A DNA stretch of 64,000 nucleotides from the human T2T-CHM13v2.0 reference genome, Homo sapiens. Under the pieces are notes generated by a model, which ran no database searches, was not told where the DNA came from, and saw only the letters and a program-made list of their open reading frames with translations. A program made the position numbers and the translations under genes. Of the stretch, positions 60,817-64,000 are shown piece after piece (within the stretch, counting starts at the first letter, position 1; each line of letters opens with the position of its first letter). The stretch lies in assembly GCF_009914755.1 (NCBI RefSeq), contig NC_060935.1; one strand, 5' to 3'.

Positions 60817-63260
60817 CGCTGCCCGATCGCCTCGGAAGCCCCCTAGACCATCACGGACACCGAGCTTCGAGTAACTCTCACAGTGGAGGGAAGTCCGTCC
60901 CCTTCTTAATCAATACGGAGGCTACCCACTCCACATTACCTTCTTTTCAAGGGCCTGTTTCCCTTGCCTCCATAACTGTTGTGGATATTGACGGCCAGGC
61001 TTCTAAACCTCTTAAAACTCCCCAACTCTGGTGCCAACTTAGACAATACTCTTTTAAGCACTCCTTTTTAGTTATCCCCACCTGCCCAGTTCCCTTATTA
61101 GGCCAAAACACTTTAACTAAATTATCTGCTTCCCTGACTATTCCTGGACTACAGCCACATCTCATTGCCACCCTTCTTCCCAATCCAAAGCCTCCTTTGC
61201 GTCCTCCTCTTGTATCCCCCCACCTTAACCCACAAGTATAAGATACCTCTACTCCCTCCTTGGCAGCCGATCATGCACCCCTTACCATCTCATTAAAACC
61301 TAATCACCCTTACCCCACTCAACGCCAATATCCCATCCCACAGCACGCTTTAAAAAGATTAAAGCCTGTTATCACTCGCCTGCTACAGCATGACCTTTTA
61401 AAGCCTATAAACTCTCCTTACAATTCCCCCATTTTACCTGTCCTAAAACCAGAGAAGCTTTACAGGTTATTTCAGGATCTGCGCCTTATCAACCAAATTG
61501 TTTTGCCTATCCACCCCGTGGTGCCAAACCCATATACTCTCCTATCTTCAATACCTGCCTCTACAACCCATTATTCTGTTCTGGATCTCAAACATGCTTT
61601 CTTTACTATTCCTTTGCACCCTTCATCCCAGCCTCTCTTCACTTTCACTTAGACTGACCCTCACACCCATCAGGCTTAGCAAATTACCTAGGCTGTACTG
61701 CCACAAGGCTTCACAGATAGCCCCCATTACTTAAGTCAAGCCCAAATTTCATCCTCATCTGTTACCTATCTCGGCATAATTCTCATAAAAACACACATGC
61801 TCTCCCTGCTGATCATGTCCGACTAATCTCCCAAACCTCAATCCCTTCTACAAAACAACAACTCCTTTCCTTCCTAGGCATGGTTAGATACTTTCGACTT
61901 TAGATATCTGGTTTTGCCATCCTAACAAAACCATTATATAAACTCACAAAAGGAAACCTAGTTGACCCCATAGATCCTAAATCCTTTCCCCACTCCTCTT
62001 TCCATTCCTTGAAGACAGCCTTAGAGACTGCCCCCACCTTAGATCTCCCTGACTCATCCCAACCCTTTTCATTACACACAGCAGAAGTGCAGGGCTGTGC
62101 AGTCAGAATTCTTACACAAAGACCAGGACCGCACCCTGTAGCCTTTTTATCCAAACAATTTGACCTTACTGTTTTGCCTAGCCCTCAAGTCTGTGTGTGG
62201 CGGCTGCCACTTCCCTAATACTTTTAGAGGCCCTTAAAATCACAAACTATGCTCAACTCACTCCCTACAGTTCTCATAACTTCCAGAATCTATTTTCTTC
62301 CTCACACCTGACACATATACTTTCTGCTTCCTGGCTCCTTCAGCTGTACTCACTCTTTGTTAAGTCTCCCACAATTACCATTGTTCCTGGCCCAGACTTC
62401 AATCAGGCCTCCCACATTATCCCTGATACCACACCTGACCCCCATGACTGTAACTCTCTGGTCCACCTGACATTCACTCCATTTCCCCATATTCTTTCAT
62501 GTTCCTCACGCTGAACACACTTAGTTTATTGATGGCAGTTCCACCAGGCCTAATCGCCACACACCAGCAAAGGCAGGCTATGCTACAGTACAAGCCACTA
62601 GCCCGCCTCTTAAAACCTCTCATTTCCTTTCCATCGTGGAAATCTATCCTCAAGGAAATAACTTCTCTGTGTTCCATATGCTATTCTACTACTTCTCAAG
62701 GATTATTCAGGCCCCTTCCCTTCCCTACACATCAAGCTCGAGGATTTGCCCCCACCCAGGACTGGCAAATTAGCTTTACTCAACATGCCCTGAGTCAGAT
62801 AACTAACATACCTCTTAGTCTAGGTAGACACTTTCACTGGATAGGTAGAGGCCTTTCCTACAGGATGGGAGAAGGCCACTGCAGTCATTTCTTCCCTTCT
62901 GTCAGACATAATTCCTCAGTTTAGCCTTCCAACCTCTATACAGTCTGATAACAGACCAGCCTTTATTAGTCAAATCAGCCAAGCAGTTTTTCAGGCTCTT
63001 GGTATTCAGTGAAACCTTTATATCCCTTACGGTCCTCAGTCTTCAGGAAAGGTAGAATGGACTAAAGGTCTTTTAAAAACACACCTCACCAAGCTCAGCC
63101 ACCAATTTAAAAAGGACTGGACAATACTTTCACCACTTTCCCTTCTCAGAATTCAGGCCTGTCCTCGGAATGCTACAGGGTACAGTCCATTTGAGCTCCT
63201 GTTTGGATGCTCCTTTTTATTAGGCCCCAGTCTCATTCCAGACACCAGACCAACTTGTAC
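60817..63260 (+). pseudogene. pol: HERV-H pro-pol remnant (PR, RT, RNase H, IN) with deletions and stops
   Basis: PR active site DTGA is changed to NTEA (FLINTEATHS). RT motifs SPYNSPILPVLKP, QDLRLIN, SVLDLKHAFFTIPL and LPQGFTDSPHY are present, then the sequence jumps to QISSSSVTYLG (YxDD deleted). RNase H FIDGSS and IN DWQISFT, SDNRPAF and PQSSGKVE are present. Confidence 0.92.
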
Positions 63261-63845
63261 TGTGCCCCAAAAAACTTGTCATCCCTACTATCTTCTGTCT
63301 AGTCATACTCCTATTCACCGTTCTCAACTACTCAGACATGCCATGCTCTTGTTTACACTGCCTGTTTACACTGTTTCTCTAAGCCATCACAGCTGATACC
63401 TCCTGGTGCTATCCCCAAACTGCCACTCTTAACTCTTGAAGTAAATAAATAATCTTTGTTGGCAAGACTATGCTGAATCTCCTTAGGCACTCTCTAATTA
63501 GATGTCCTGGGTCCTCCCAATTCTTAGACCTTTAATACCTGTTTTTCTCCTTCTCTTATTCCGTTTAGTTTTTCAATTCATACAAAACCGTATCCAGGCC
63601 ATCACCAATAATTCTAAATGACAAATCTTTCTTCTAACAGTCCCACAATATCACCCCTTACCACAAAATCTTCCTTCAACTTAATCTCTCCCACTCTAGG
63701 TTCCCACGCCACCCCTAATCCTGCTTGAAGCAGCCCTGAGAAACATCGCCCATTATCTCTCCATACCATCCCCAAAATTTTTCACCATCCCAACACTTTA
63801 CCACTATTTCATTTTATTTTTCTTATTAATATAAGAAGACAGGAA

Positions 63846-64000
63846 TGTCAGGCCTCTGAGCCCAAGCTAAGCTATATCCCCTGTGACCTGCACGTACACA
63901 TCCAGATGGCCAGTTCCTGCCTTAACTGATGACATTCTACCATAAAAGAAATGAAAATGACCTGTTCCTGCCTTAACTGATGACATTATCTTATGAAATT
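63846..64000 (+). promoter_or_regulatory. 3' LTR7 (first 155 bp)
   Basis: TGTCAGGCCTCTGAGCCCAAGC follows the PPT AAGAAGACAGGAA and is collinear with the 5' LTR. Confidence 0.95.

Larger units (their letters stand above)
58327..64000 (+). mobile_element. HERV-H provirus (internally deleted RTVL-H2 type); the 3' LTR runs off the window
   Basis: Order LTR7-PBS(His)-leader-gag-pro-pol-env remnant-PPT-LTR7, with ~5.1 kb of internal sequence. Confidence 0.97.

Overview
This is hominoid primate (most likely human) non-coding DNA, intergenic or deep-intronic, and is dominated by transposable-element fossils. The Alu J/S/Y, L1PA, LTR7/HERV-H and Hsmar2 content places it in the primates. I found no intact cellular protein-coding gene, RNA gene or CRISPR array. 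The supplied ORFs are chance ORFs, low-complexity translations or decayed TE proteins. Main landmarks: a full-length but dead Hsmar2 mariner (2933-4231, -); an ERVL gag/pro fragment between two LTR16-type LTRs (12.3-13.9 kb); an ~800-bp (ATG/GTG)n array next to a MIR tail (18.4-19.2 kb); an L1PA insertion with a twin-priming 5' inversion (21.7-22.8 kb); an LTR-int-LTR MLT1 MaLR element (40.8-43.2 kb); and an internally deleted HERV-H provirus (58327 to window end). The provirus has a 5' LTR7, tRNA-His PBS, intact splice donor, a 21/42-bp tandem expansion and many Trp-to-stop G>A changes. Non-TE signals worth a look are three CpG-retaining patches (7.3-8.1, 10.7-11.5 and 27.6-28.0 kb), candidate splice sites for a possible lncRNA, a near-perfect 28-bp hairpin with a competing fold (32726-32817), a tandem duplication of a TCF/RUNX/MYB motif cluster, and two repair scars with templated insertions. 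I see no support for a wholly new biological system. Repeat subfamily names come from recalled consensus sequences and need RepeatMasker/Dfam confirmation, and boundaries of old repeats are approximate.
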